Below are positions 23,247 to 32,000 of a stretch of 32,000 nucleotides of DNA, piece by piece. Every line of letters begins with the position of its first letter. Position 1 is the first letter of the stretch. The translations under genes and the position numbers were made by a program. Under the pieces are notes generated by a model that worked only from the letters and a program-made list of their open reading frames with translations, had not been told where the DNA came from and ran no database searches. The DNA is taken from contig LVZN01000078.1 in NCBI GenBank assembly GCA_001695645.1, positions 1-32,000 on the forward strand, given 5' to 3'. The stretch comes from Erysipelotrichaceae bacterium MTC7. Lineage in GTDB: Bacteria; Bacillota_I; Bacilli_A; Erysipelotrichales; Erysipelotrichaceae.

Positions 23247-24615
23247 ACAAGGAGCAAAGATAGAACTTGCAAAGCGCGAGTTCTTTTCTTTTTGTAACTT
23301 GCTTGCACCAGACTTCTACAAGGAGGATCGTGAATATCTTGTGACTTTATGCAATACACTTCAAGAGTTCTATGAAGGTGATGATGATGTAATTATTATC
23401 AATATGCCACCACGTCATGGGAAATCGCGTACTGCATCTAATTTTGTTGAATGGTTATTTGGTATCAACAGGCAACTAAAGGTGATGACTGGTTCGTATA
23501 ATGAAACACTATCAACTACTTTTTCAAAAGCAGTAAGAAATACGATATCTGAAAGAAAAGCGGATCCAAACATTCCGGTGTATAGTGATGTGTTCCCTGG
23601 AACAAAAATCAAATGGGGAGATGGTGCAATGAACTTATGGAGCCTAGAGGGTGGATTTAATAGTTATCTAGCAACTTCTCCTGGAGGAACTGCAACAGGA
23701 TTTGGGGCCAACTATCTTATCATTGATGACTTGATTAAGAATGCAAAAGAAGCAAACAATGCTCGTATTCTTGAAGAACAATGGGAGTGGTTTGTTAATA
23801 CAATGCTTTCACGAACGGAGGCAGGATATAAAATTATTATCATCATGACTAGATGGCATACAAAGGACCTTGCTGGTCGTGTACTTGATTGGTGCAAAGA
23901 AGAGCATAAAAAGTACAAACACATCAATATGCCAGCATTTGATGAAGATGGCAACATGCTTTGTGATGAAGTGCTTCCCAAACACGAGTACTTGGATAAG
24001 GTAGCTACAATGGGTGAAGATATTGCATCAGCCAACTATCAACAAAAGCCAATTGATATCAAGGGTAAATTATATACATCGTTCAAAACATACGAACGTA
24101 TCCCAGTTGATTCAACAGGACAACCACTTTTTACAAGTATACGTTCTTATACGGATACTGCAGATGAGGGTAGTGATTATTTATGCACAATCATTTGGGG
24201 GATATATGAACATTACTCATATGTACTAGATGTCATATATACTCAATTACCTATGGAAGAAACGGAGCCGATGGTAGCAGCTGCTTTAGACAGTAATAAA
24301 GTAATGACTGCACGTTTTGAGTCCAACAATGGTGGTAAAGGATATGCACGGCAAGTGGCAAGCATATTGGAAGATGATTTGCGAAATTATACGTGTGATG
24401 TGTCTTGGTTTCATCAAAGTTCAAACAAAGTGGCTCGTATACTAACTGCAGCACCATATATTATGAGAAATGTATTGTTTCCAGTTGATTGGAAGAGTCG
24501 TTGGCCTGATTATTATGAAGCAATGAATACATATCAACGAAAAGGAAAGAACGAACACGATGATGCACCGGATGCAACATCAGGAATAAAAGAAACGAAT
24601 GAATTACTTGATTAG
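23239..24615 (+). CDS. terL: Terminase large subunit
   Basis: Walker A-like MPPRHGKSRTAS, Walker B YLIIDDL, C-terminal nuclease region with DTADEGSDY and HDDAPDA. The ATG at 23239 overlaps the terS end; an alternative TTG is at 23224. Confidence 0.9.
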   Translation: MIRQGAKIELAKREFFSFCNLLAPDFYKEDREYLVTLCNTLQEFYEGDDDVIIINMPPRHGKSRTASNFVEWLFGINRQLKVMTGSYNETLSTTFSKAVRNTISERKADPNIPVYSDVFPGTKIKWGDGAMNLWSLEGGFNSYLATSPGGTATGFGANYLIIDDLIKNAKEANNARILEEQWEWFVNTMLSRTEAGYKIIIIMTRWHTKDLAGRVLDWCKEEHKKYKHINMPAFDEDGNMLCDEVLPKHEYLDKVATMGEDIASANYQQKPIDIKGKLYTSFKTYERIPVDSTGQPLFTSIRSYTDTADEGSDYLCTIIWGIYEHYSYVLDVIYTQLPMEETEPMVAAALDSNKVMTARFESNNGGKGYARQVASILEDDLRNYTCDVSWFHQSSNKVARILTAAPYIMRNVLFPVDWKSRWPDYYEAMNTYQRKGKNEHDDAPDATSGIKETNELLD

Positions 24616-24626
24616 GAGGAAGAAAG

Positions 24627-26138
24627 ATGGGGTGGTTTAAAAACATGTTACGATCATGGCTAAATATTCAAAATCTAAATGGACGTCAATTCTACATTCA
24701 AAACATGATGGACTTTGATGCTAACGTTTTCAAAAATTATATGTGGTATCGTGGGGATCCTGAAGAACTACATCAATTCTTCCAACAAGTAGGAAGTGAA
24801 GATGCATCTTTTTGGGCAACAGCTACACGTGGAGTGCGCAAAATCCATACAGGGATACCTGCACTTATTGCAGATGTATTATCGGATATTGTCATTCAAG
24901 ATATGAACGAAGTCACAGCAACTACTAGACAAGTTGACGTTGACTATATTTGCAACAAAAACGATATTGAAAACCTGTTAAGCAATTCACTGCCATACGT
25001 ATTGGTAAAAGGTGATGGTGCTTTCAAGATATCGTTTGATTTGAAAGTAGGAGATTATCCTATTATCGAATTCTACGAAGCCGATAAGGTCGAGTTCAAA
25101 TATGAACGAAGCAAGTATAGTGAAACTATATTCAAGAATTATATTGAACATGATAATCGTCATTATGTTCATAAAGAAATCTACGGATATGGCTATATAA
25201 AGAACGAACTCTACACATTGGATGATAACAAAAAGGTCCCTATGAATACTGTACCTGAATTAGCTGATGTCAAAGATTTCATTTTTGCTGGAGCTGAAGT
25301 TGATAAGCAAGGAATTATTTCAAAATATGGAACGCTGAACATGGCTGTTCCTTTTTTAATATTCAAAAGTGCTAAGTTCAAATATCGTGGGAAATCGATT
25401 TTTGAAACAAAACAAGGTAACTTCGATGCGTTAGATGAAGTTGTATCGCAATGGATAGATGCAATTCGCAAAGGGCGTACTACAAGATACATTCCTGAAC
25501 GTTTATTACCTAGAAACCCTAAAACGGGTGAGACATTAATGAAGAATGATTTTGAATCATCATATATTCAAACCAAAGGTGATATCTCTGAAGGCGGTAA
25601 TAAGATTCAAGTTGAAACACCTAATATCCAAGCTGAACAGTATTTACAAACATATGTGACAGTATTGGACCTGTGCTTGCAGGGGTTAATCAGTCCATCT
25701 ACTTTAGGAATTGATAACAAGAAGTTAGATAACGCTGAAGCACAACGTGAGAAAGAGAAAGCGACTCTTTATACACGTGGAAAAATCGTAGAAGCCTTAC
25801 TTAAGGTGATTCCAAAATTATTGAATGTATCGATAAAAGCGATGGATGTATATCATATGAAATCTATTACTGAAGATGATATCGAAATCTCAATTGCATT
25901 TGGTGAATATGCCAACCCTTCATTTGAATCAGTTGTAGAAACTATGGCAAAAGCTCGCCAAGGTCAATCGATGAGTACGGAGAAGATCGTTGATGAAATG
26001 TATGGTGATTCGCTAACTGCTGAAGAAAAAGAAGAAGAAGTAAAACGTATCAAAGAAGAGTATGGTCTAGTGCAAATGGATGAACCAGGAATGTTTAATT
26101 CTGATGTTCCTGACCCAACGTTGGAGGAGAATGTATGA
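24627..26138 (+). CDS. Portal protein (SPP1 gp6-like)
   Basis: Size, position after TerL, and an N-terminal WYRGDPEELHQFF pattern. Confidence 0.85.
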   Translation: MGWFKNMLRSWLNIQNLNGRQFYIQNMMDFDANVFKNYMWYRGDPEELHQFFQQVGSEDASFWATATRGVRKIHTGIPALIADVLSDIVIQDMNEVTATTRQVDVDYICNKNDIENLLSNSLPYVLVKGDGAFKISFDLKVGDYPIIEFYEADKVEFKYERSKYSETIFKNYIEHDNRHYVHKEIYGYGYIKNELYTLDDNKKVPMNTVPELADVKDFIFAGAEVDKQGIISKYGTLNMAVPFLIFKSAKFKYRGKSIFETKQGNFDALDEVVSQWIDAIRKGRTTRYIPERLLPRNPKTGETLMKNDFESSYIQTKGDISEGGNKIQVETPNIQAEQYLQTYVTVLDLCLQGLISPSTLGIDNKKLDNAEAQREKEKATLYTRGKIVEALLKVIPKLLNVSIKAMDVYHMKSITEDDIEISIAFGEYANPSFESVVETMAKARQGQSMSTEKIVDEMYGDSLTAEEKEEEVKRIKEEYGLVQMDEPGMFNSDVPDPTLEENV

Positions 26139-26389
26139 TCGTAAATGTACCAAGTAAAAACGGTGAAGTGAGAAGTTATAACATGAAGCCTAAAAAAGCA
26201 AAAGAGACTGTGCAAATGATTCGAGAAGCACATAAAGGACAAAACATGATTATTGCTCTTGAAAAGGGTAGTGTTATGGAACTTCGCAACGATAAATATG
26301 ACACTGCAATCGAAGTGTTAGATGCAGTAAAAGACTGGATTAAGAAAGGCTATAAAGTCTATTCAGTCAAAAACATTATGAAGGTGTAA
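26135..26389 (+). CDS. Hypothetical phage protein
   Basis: ATGA overlap with the portal stop. Confidence 0.6.
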   Translation: MIVNVPSKNGEVRSYNMKPKKAKETVQMIREAHKGQNMIIALEKGSVMELRNDKYDTAIEVLDAVKDWIKKGYKVYSVKNIMKV

Positions 26390-26390
26390 T

Positions 26391-28109
26391 ATGGACGAGT
26401 ACAACATCTCCGAGATATACAAAGAGATGGAGAACTACCTAATCGAATCCGTGATGCGTAATATGAAGCGTCATACCGATTGGGAAACTACTGAAGATTT
26501 TAAGTGGGATGCATGGCAAGTAAGACAACTAGAAGCATTAGAAGAATATCGCAAACGAAACCTTTCGTATGTAAATAAACGCAGTAACACCGTGAATATT
26601 AAGCTTGAAGAATTAATCAAGCAATCATATGAGCATGGTGGCATGGAAGAAGAAATAAAGATTCTGAATGCTATTAAGAAAGGTGCTAAATTAAAACGTT
26701 CTAAAGGTATTGATGCAAACTTCTTTAAGATTAACGATCGTAAACTTTCAGCATTGATAAAAGCAACTCAAAAAGACTTAACAAAAGCATCACATGCAAT
26801 GTTGAGAAAATCGAATGATGAATATCGTAAAGTAATTCATAAAGCTGCGATGTTTGCAAATACAGGAACGACTACAGTGGGTCAAGCAATTGATATGGCT
26901 ACAAAAGACTTTGTAAAGAAAGGTATTAATTGCATCCAGTATTCAAATGGACGAGTTGTTAATATCAACACGTATGCAGAGATGGCTATTCGAACTGCGA
27001 ACAAGCGTGGGTATTTAAGTGGTGAAGGTGATAAACGGAAGGAATGGGGAATCCATACTGTTCTTGTAAGCCAATATGGCGCATGTAGTCCTACTTGCTT
27101 GCCGTGGCAAGGAAAAGTATACGTTGATGATGTTTGGTCGGGAGGTGCGGCCAAAGAGGCTGAGGAGCAGGGTTATCCACTTCTAAGTCAAGCAATTGCT
27201 GATGGTCTTTATCATCCAAACTGCAAACATAGTCACACAACGTACTTCCCTGGTATTACCGAAATGCCTAAAGCAGCTGATGTTGCAAAAACTCAAGAAA
27301 ATTCACAAGCAGTTGCTCAACAACGATATAACGAACGACAAATCAGGAGTTATAAACGATTAGAAGAAAATACATTAGATCCAGATAATCGTGAGAAATA
27401 TGCAACTCAAAAGAGATTTTGGCAAGCTAAACAAAGAAAACTTGTTGATGATACTGATGGAATGAAACGCAACTATAAACGCGAATCGATTGAGGGGAAG
27501 GGTTATCGGAAAACTGATAATTCAACTGAAAAAGCCACAGTAAATAACGTTAAACGAATTGGCACTAATGCAGTTAACCAAGATATAGTAAAATCGGAAG
27601 ACTATAAATCGAAATTCCAACAACTTAGTAATAATCAAACGTTGAATAGCGCTATTCATAAACAGACTACACATATACTAGCAAAAGCAAACAACACTGA
27701 TACTGAGTATTTGAGGATATTAGATGCTAAAACCGGTGAAACTATCATAAGTGCACAAGGTAAAAAAGATGCACTTGAAGTAGGTTTAAATGAAGCACAA
27801 AAGAAAATATTAAGCAATCATAAAGGTCAAGTTGTAGCAATACACAATCACCCTACGAATATATTGCCAACAGGTTCTGATTTTGTCGTTTCCGGAGCAC
27901 GTAATTATGATTTTGGTATAGTGGCCACTCATTATGGGGATTTGTATAAATATAGTCATGGTAAAAGAAGATTCACATCAACATTTTATGCCAAACAAAT
28001 TGACAAGTATTCTAGTGCACCCTATAATATGGGTGTAAAAGAAGCACAAGAAAAGACACTTGATTTATTGAGAAAGGAGTATGGTATATTATGCGAAAAA
28101 ATAAAATAG
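26391..28109 (+). CDS. Head morphogenesis protein (MuF/SPP1 gp7 family) fused to a C-terminal JAB/MPN-like domain
   Basis: MuF core (YAEMAIRTANKRGY, CSPTCLPWQGKVY, LYHPNCKHSHTTY). About 280 extra C-terminal residues contain HNHPTNILPTGSD (27843-27881), resembling the RadC/JAMM HxHPx6-7(S/T)xxD signature. Confidence 0.8.
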   Translation: MDEYNISEIYKEMENYLIESVMRNMKRHTDWETTEDFKWDAWQVRQLEALEEYRKRNLSYVNKRSNTVNIKLEELIKQSYEHGGMEEEIKILNAIKKGAKLKRSKGIDANFFKINDRKLSALIKATQKDLTKASHAMLRKSNDEYRKVIHKAAMFANTGTTTVGQAIDMATKDFVKKGINCIQYSNGRVVNINTYAEMAIRTANKRGYLSGEGDKRKEWGIHTVLVSQYGACSPTCLPWQGKVYVDDVWSGGAAKEAEEQGYPLLSQAIADGLYHPNCKHSHTTYFPGITEMPKAADVAKTQENSQAVAQQRYNERQIRSYKRLEENTLDPDNREKYATQKRFWQAKQRKLVDDTDGMKRNYKRESIEGKGYRKTDNSTEKATVNNVKRIGTNAVNQDIVKSEDYKSKFQQLSNNQTLNSAIHKQTTHILAKANNTDTEYLRILDAKTGETIISAQGKKDALEVGLNEAQKKILSNHKGQVVAIHNHPTNILPTGSDFVVSGARNYDFGIVATHYGDLYKYSHGKRRFTSTFYAKQIDKYSSAPYNMGVKEAQEKTLDLLRKEYGILCEKIK

Positions 28110-28246
28110 TGAAGTACTTCGACGGAATCATTTTGACTGACAGAACTCCTGAAGAGATAGAAGCATCTATCCAAGAAGAATTAGAAAAAATGAAAAATTT
28201 TGATAGTTGGCAAGAAATCGCTGAACATGAAGGAATAGATTATTAA
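28091..28246 (+). CDS. Small acidic protein, 51 aa, overlapping the end of the MuF fusion gene
   Basis: Below the ORF-track cutoff. AAGGAG lies 11 nt upstream of the ATG at 28091. A terminator follows. Confidence 0.45.
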   Translation: MRKNKIVKYFDGIILTDRTPEEIEASIQEELEKMKNFDSWQEIAEHEGIDY

Positions 28247-28265
28247 TACGAATACATTAACTAAT

Positions 28266-28292
28266 GCACTCTTTAAACAGAGTGCTTTTTTT
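28266..28292 (+). terminator. Terminator inside the late region
   Basis: GCACTCT-ttaaac-AGAGTGC followed by T7. Confidence 0.75.
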
Positions 28293-28311
28293 ATACCCGA
28301 AAGGAGGAATC

Positions 28312-28479
28312 ATGAAAGTAAAGTGTATCAAGGAATACTTCGATAAACTTCAAAGCGACTATATTAAGCCAGGAAGTGTATTCGATACTACTGAAGGAAG
28401 GGCGAAAGTTCTCATTGATCAAAAAGTAGTTGAAGAAGTAAAAGAAAAACCTAAACCAATAAAAGAAGGCGCTAAGTAG
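28312..28479 (+). CDS. Small hypothetical protein, 55 aa
   Basis: AAAGGAGG RBS precedes the ATG at 28312. Bracketed by hairpin/T-run elements. Confidence 0.55.
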   Translation: MKVKCIKEYFDKLQSDYIKPGSVFDTTEGRAKVLIDQKVVEEVKEKPKPIKEGAK

Positions 28480-28587
28480 AGCGCTTTTCTTTTTGCCCAA
28501 TCCGCTCATGGCTTAAAAAGGTGCGAGAAGATGGTGAGACACACCTAAAACTGATAAGCGTGAGACACACGAAAAACAGGAGGAAAT

Positions 28588-29235
28588 ATGAAAGAACAAA
28601 ACAAGTATCCATTAAACATTCAATTATTTGGAGGTGGTGACCCAGCAGGAGGGGCAGATGGAGGTGCAGGAGCACCTAATCCACAATCTCAAACACAGCC
28701 AAGTGCAACACCGGAAATTGACTACAACAAGTTAAGTGAAGTTGTTGCTGGCAGACAAGCTAATGCGGGAGATTCTGCACTTAAAGGTTTCTTTAAAAGC
28801 CAAGGCCTAACTGAAGAGCAAGCAAAAGAAGCTATGACTAAGTACAAGGCGGACCAAGCAGCTGCAAAAGAAGCTGAAGCCAATAAGTACAAAGAACTTG
28901 AAACTGAAAACGCAAAGCTTAAAGCACAAATATTGAATCGTGAGCTTGATGCGTCATTAACAACTTTAGCTGCTGCTGAAGGGGTTGATGCACAAAAAGT
29001 CGGACGTTTACTAAAGTTAGTAGAACGCGAAGGTTTAGTAGGTGAAGACGGAAAAATCATTGATGATAAAGCAAAAACTGCCATCAATGACGTTTTAAAA
29101 GATTTCCCTGAATTTAAGTCAAATCCAAACGGAACAGGAGGGTTCCAACCTATCGGAACTCCAGGAACTGATGGTGGTTCAGGAAGTGAGACCAGAATTC
29201 AAGATGGTCGAATTATTTTACCAAGTAAAAAATAG
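28588..29235 (+). CDS. Scaffolding protein (DUF4355-like)
   Basis: N-terminal PLNIQLFGGG motif, Ala/Glu/Lys coiled-coil core, position before the capsid gene. Confidence 0.8.
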   Translation: MKEQNKYPLNIQLFGGGDPAGGADGGAGAPNPQSQTQPSATPEIDYNKLSEVVAGRQANAGDSALKGFFKSQGLTEEQAKEAMTKYKADQAAAKEAEANKYKELETENAKLKAQILNRELDASLTTLAAAEGVDAQKVGRLLKLVEREGLVGEDGKIIDDKAKTAINDVLKDFPEFKSNPNGTGGFQPIGTPGTDGGSGSETRIQDGRIILPSKK

Positions 29236-29249
29236 GAGGAAGAAATTTT

Positions 29250-30140
29250 ATGATTAACTATGTATCACAGTTTTACAATCAAATTATGGAATTGTATGGA
29301 TCTGATTTAAAGTCAGTAAAACTATTCAATTCTAACCCAACGATTAAAATTATTAACACAAAAGATATTCGCTTGCCGAAAATCAAAACAAGTGGATATA
29401 AGGACCATACGCGTGGTTCACTTGGTTTCAATTCCGGAACATATGAAAACGAGTTTGAAACAAAAACTCTTGATCATGACCGTGACATTGAGTTTGTAGT
29501 AGATCCAATGGATGTAGATGAAACAAACCAAGTTCTATCAATTGGAAATATTCAACACGACTTTGACCGCCGTCAATCAATTCCTGAACTTGACTGCTAC
29601 ACATTCTCTAAACTATATAGTGAATTAAACCGCGTTGCACCTGCTAACATTTCTACTGATGTCATTACAAAAACAAACATTCTTGCTGACTTTGATGCTG
29701 TTGTGGAAAAACTAGAAAATGATGGTGTGCCAATTTCGCGCTGCATTATCTACTGTACATCTACATACAAAAAGATTTTGAAAAATGCTGAAGGTATCCA
29801 ACGTACGTTAGATGTTTCAAAAGGGAACGGATTGGACCGTCGTGTTACTTCTATGGAAAATTTCGACGAAATTGTAACAGTACCATTAGAACGTTTCAAA
29901 ACAGCATACGACTTCTCTGATGGTTATGCAGTTGCGACAACTGGAAAACAAATCAACTACATTATCGTAGATCCTGATGCACAGGTTTCTCGTGTGAAAT
30001 ATTCATACATTCACATGTTTGCACCTGGTAGTGATTCACGTACAGCTGATAATTACCTGTACCAAAATCGTCGTTTCAATGGAACGTTTGCTTTAGATGA
30101 TTTCTTAAGCAAAGCTTGTTACATGAACGTAGAAGCGTAA
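29250..30140 (+). CDS. Major capsid protein
   Basis: Size, position after the scaffold gene, strong RBS, high-expression-style codon usage. Confidence 0.75.
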   Translation: MINYVSQFYNQIMELYGSDLKSVKLFNSNPTIKIINTKDIRLPKIKTSGYKDHTRGSLGFNSGTYENEFETKTLDHDRDIEFVVDPMDVDETNQVLSIGNIQHDFDRRQSIPELDCYTFSKLYSELNRVAPANISTDVITKTNILADFDAVVEKLENDGVPISRCIIYCTSTYKKILKNAEGIQRTLDVSKGNGLDRRVTSMENFDEIVTVPLERFKTAYDFSDGYAVATTGKQINYIIVDPDAQVSRVKYSYIHMFAPGSDSRTADNYLYQNRRFNGTFALDDFLSKACYMNVEA

Positions 30141-30155
30141 GAGGGAGGGTTGACT

Positions 30156-30488
30156 ATGTATTTCGCAAGAAAAGAAAATCGTGAATATAAAGTTGATGAA
30201 GCAAGTAAAAAAACTTACTTGGAAAAAGGCTTTGATATTTACAATGACAAAGGTGAAGTGGTAGAAAGATCACCTTTGTCAAAAATCACCGTTGCTGAAC
30301 ATGAAAAGAAAGTGGCCGATGCAGTTGCAGAGGCAACTAAAGGTGCAGTAAGCGCGGAAGAACTAAAAGCGAAAGATGATGCTATTGCACAATTAACTGA
30401 AGCTAATAAAGCGAAAGATGAAGCAGTTGCAGATTTAAAAGCAAAATTAGCAAAAGCAGAAAAAGAATTAAAAGCTGCAGCGAAGTAG
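30156..30488 (+). CDS. Hypothetical head-associated protein with an Ala/Lys-rich coiled-coil tail
   Basis: GAGGGAGGG RBS 6 nt upstream of the ATG at 30156. Confidence 0.6.
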   Translation: MYFARKENREYKVDEASKKTYLEKGFDIYNDKGEVVERSPLSKITVAEHEKKVADAVAEATKGAVSAEELKAKDDAIAQLTEANKAKDEAVADLKAKLAKAEKELKAAAK

Positions 30489-30497
30489 GAGGTGCCT

Positions 30498-30884
30498 ATG
30501 CCCTACCAACCATATGTAGATGAAAACTACTACAAAGAAACTTACGAGGGAGTAGTGAAAGATGTTTACTCTCTTGGAAAATTACTCAAAAAGGCAAGTC
30601 GTCACATTGATACATTAACTTTCAACCGAATTATAGGTAAGTTTGATGATCTAAGTGATTTTCAACAAGAAATTATAAAGGATGTTATATGTGAACTTGT
30701 CGATTTTGAGTATACAAACAAAGATGCTCTTGAAACAATTCTTAGTGAGTATTCAATCAACGGTGTAACAATGCATTTTGGAGAGTCCTGGACAGTAAAA
30801 GTTGAGAATGGTATTCCAATACCAACTGAACTTTTTTCGCTCCTAGAACAGACAGGATTAACTACTAGGAGCTTTTACTATTAA
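30498..30884 (+). CDS. Head-tail connector (gp6/gp15-like) protein
   Basis: N-terminal YVDENYYKETYEG pattern and its position. AGGAGG precedes the ATG at 30498. Confidence 0.6.
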   Translation: MPYQPYVDENYYKETYEGVVKDVYSLGKLLKKASRHIDTLTFNRIIGKFDDLSDFQQEIIKDVICELVDFEYTNKDALETILSEYSINGVTMHFGESWTVKVENGIPIPTELFSLLEQTGLTTRSFYY

Positions 30885-31221
30885 GTATCCACAGTTAGTC
30901 CCCGATTCAGTATGCACCACACCGATTGAAGTAACGATTTACAAAGAAGAGTTAGGGCCTACAGGTGGGCCACAAGTTGCGATAGATGCAACATCATTGA
31001 AATGTAATTTCCAAGATGAAGCCTATCAAATATTAAATGCTGAGAAGAGTCTTATCACTTTAAATGGTAAGGCTCTTTTTAATGGAGATATTGCACCTGG
31101 ATTAGCAACTATCTCAAATGGTTTTGTAATTGTACATGGCGAAAAAAGACAAATTTACAAAGGTCGAAAATCACGCAATCCTGATGGTTCAGTGAATTTC
31201 ACGACATTGGAGTTGAAGTGA
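30880..31221 (+). CDS. Head closure/head-tail adaptor-like protein, probably starting at a non-canonical ATT
   Basis: The frame is open from 30862 with plausible protein sequence. AGGAG (30867-30871) lies 8 nt before the ATT at 30880. The first canonical start (TTG 30997) has no RBS and would leave 113 nt unexplained. Confidence 0.45.
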   Translation: MKYPQLVPDSVCTTPIEVTIYKEELGPTGGPQVAIDATSLKCNFQDEAYQILNAEKSLITLNGKALFNGDIAPGLATISNGFVIVHGEKRQIYKGRKSRNPDGSVNFTTLELK

Positions 31222-31601
31222 TGGCTGTAGCAAAAACAAAGTTGAAGTTATTTCCATCAAAATTAAAGCAATTGGATATAGATGGTCAAAGAGCACTTGC
31301 TATGACAGCTGAAGAATTGAACACTCGAGTTCGAAATGCACAAGTAATGCCCTTTGATAATGGAACCATGCAAAATGAAAATACAGATGTTGATGATACG
31401 AAAGCGGCAAATGGAAAAGTGACGATAATCACTACAAGTCCCCAAGCGCGTCGTTTATATTTTCATCCTGAATACGATTTTCAAACCATTAACAACCCTA
31501 ACGCAAAGGGTAATTGGTATGAAGATTGGTTACCAGGTGGAACGAAACAAAAAGATGCAGCAAAGATTTTCGGTCAGTTCTACAAAAGGCTTATCGGCTA
31601 G
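31221..31601 (+). CDS. Neck/tail-completion protein (HK97 gp10-like position)
   Basis: The ATG at 31221 overlaps the upstream TGA; an alternative GTG is at 31218. Position in the head-tail joining cluster. Confidence 0.6.
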   Translation: MAVAKTKLKLFPSKLKQLDIDGQRALAMTAEELNTRVRNAQVMPFDNGTMQNENTDVDDTKAANGKVTIITTSPQARRLYFHPEYDFQTINNPNAKGNWYEDWLPGGTKQKDAAKIFGQFYKRLIG

Positions 31602-31610
31602 GAGGTAAAG

Positions 31611-32000
31611 ATGCTTACATTAACAAACATAAGGGAGTGGCTAGAAGGAATGGAACTAGGATTTGATTTCTACTATGAAGGTAAACTTGATAGTAAGAAA
31701 GAAAAATCACTAGGAGTCTATCAACTAGAAACTAGCAACGTGCCTCATGTTGCTTTAGGTGGATTAGCCAATACAAGATACAAAACCAAACCAATTAGTT
31801 TGCTGGTCCATTGGGACATGTATCATGACCATACTGAGAAAAAGGCATTGGAATTGTACAGTAAACTAGAAAGATTGGAACAATTCAATTTAAATGATAC
31901 ACGTGTGTATTATGTTGAGTTGTTGAATAACGAACCTGTAGACGTCCACACGGATGATACAGGTATTTATGAGCGTGTGATTCAGCTCATAATTTATTAT
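31611..32000 (+). CDS. Head-tail joining/minor capsid-like protein, 3-prime end outside the window
   Basis: TAGGAGG RBS precedes the ATG at 31611. The frame is open for 130 codons to the window edge. Not in the ORF track because there is no stop. Confidence 0.65.
   Translation, partial: MLTLTNIREWLEGMELGFDFYYEGKLDSKKEKSLGVYQLETSNVPHVALGGLANTRYKTKPISLLVHWDMYHDHTEKKALELYSKLERLEQFNLNDTRVYYVELLNNEPVDVHTDDTGIYERVIQLIIYY

Larger units (their letters stand above)
3388..32000. mobile_element. Temperate siphovirus-like prophage, left end to mid head-tail joining module; continues beyond the window
   Basis: Integrase sits next to the tRNA-derived att core. Lysogeny switch, replication, packaging and head modules follow in canonical order. 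Confidence 0.9.

Overview
AT-rich, Bacillota-type chromosomal segment carrying one end of a temperate siphovirus-like prophage. Positions 1-3339 are host backbone: mutY, a degV-family gene, a DUF952 gene, and about 425 bp with no gene. At 3340-3387 (minus strand) only the 3-prime ~48 nt of a tRNA-Phe(GAA) is present, with no 5-prime half, followed by its terminator. I read this as the att core (attL). Prophage DNA runs from about 3388 past the window end (at least 28.6 kb). Prophage order: tyrosine integrase; a minus-strand lysogeny block (XRE repressor, PemK/MazF-like protein, short repeats plus terminator, mini ImmA/IrrE peptidase, DUF3644/HEPN-like protein); a cI/cro-type switch with four related 20-bp operators; a replication/recombination block (SMC-like ATPase, RHH protein, Sak4-like AAA_24, DUF669, DEAH helicase, ParB-like, PcfK-like, PcfJ-like, AEP-primase/AAA_25 helicase); a GC-rich repeat island; DUF4406, RusA and a sigma-region-4-like late regulator; about 0.94 kb of promoter- and terminator-rich non-coding DNA; then TerS, TerL, portal, a MuF head-morphogenesis fusion, scaffold, major capsid and head-tail joining genes. 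The top candidate for an undescribed system is (1) the immR-immA-int cassette expanded with two toxin-like genes plus a promoter-repeat-terminator unit. Next is (2) a convergent small-RNA/small-ORF pair resembling par/Fst-type type I TA loci. Third is (3) a JAB/MPN-like cargo domain on the MuF protein with an overlapping 51-aa ORF. All family assignments come from motif recognition by eye; no searches were run.
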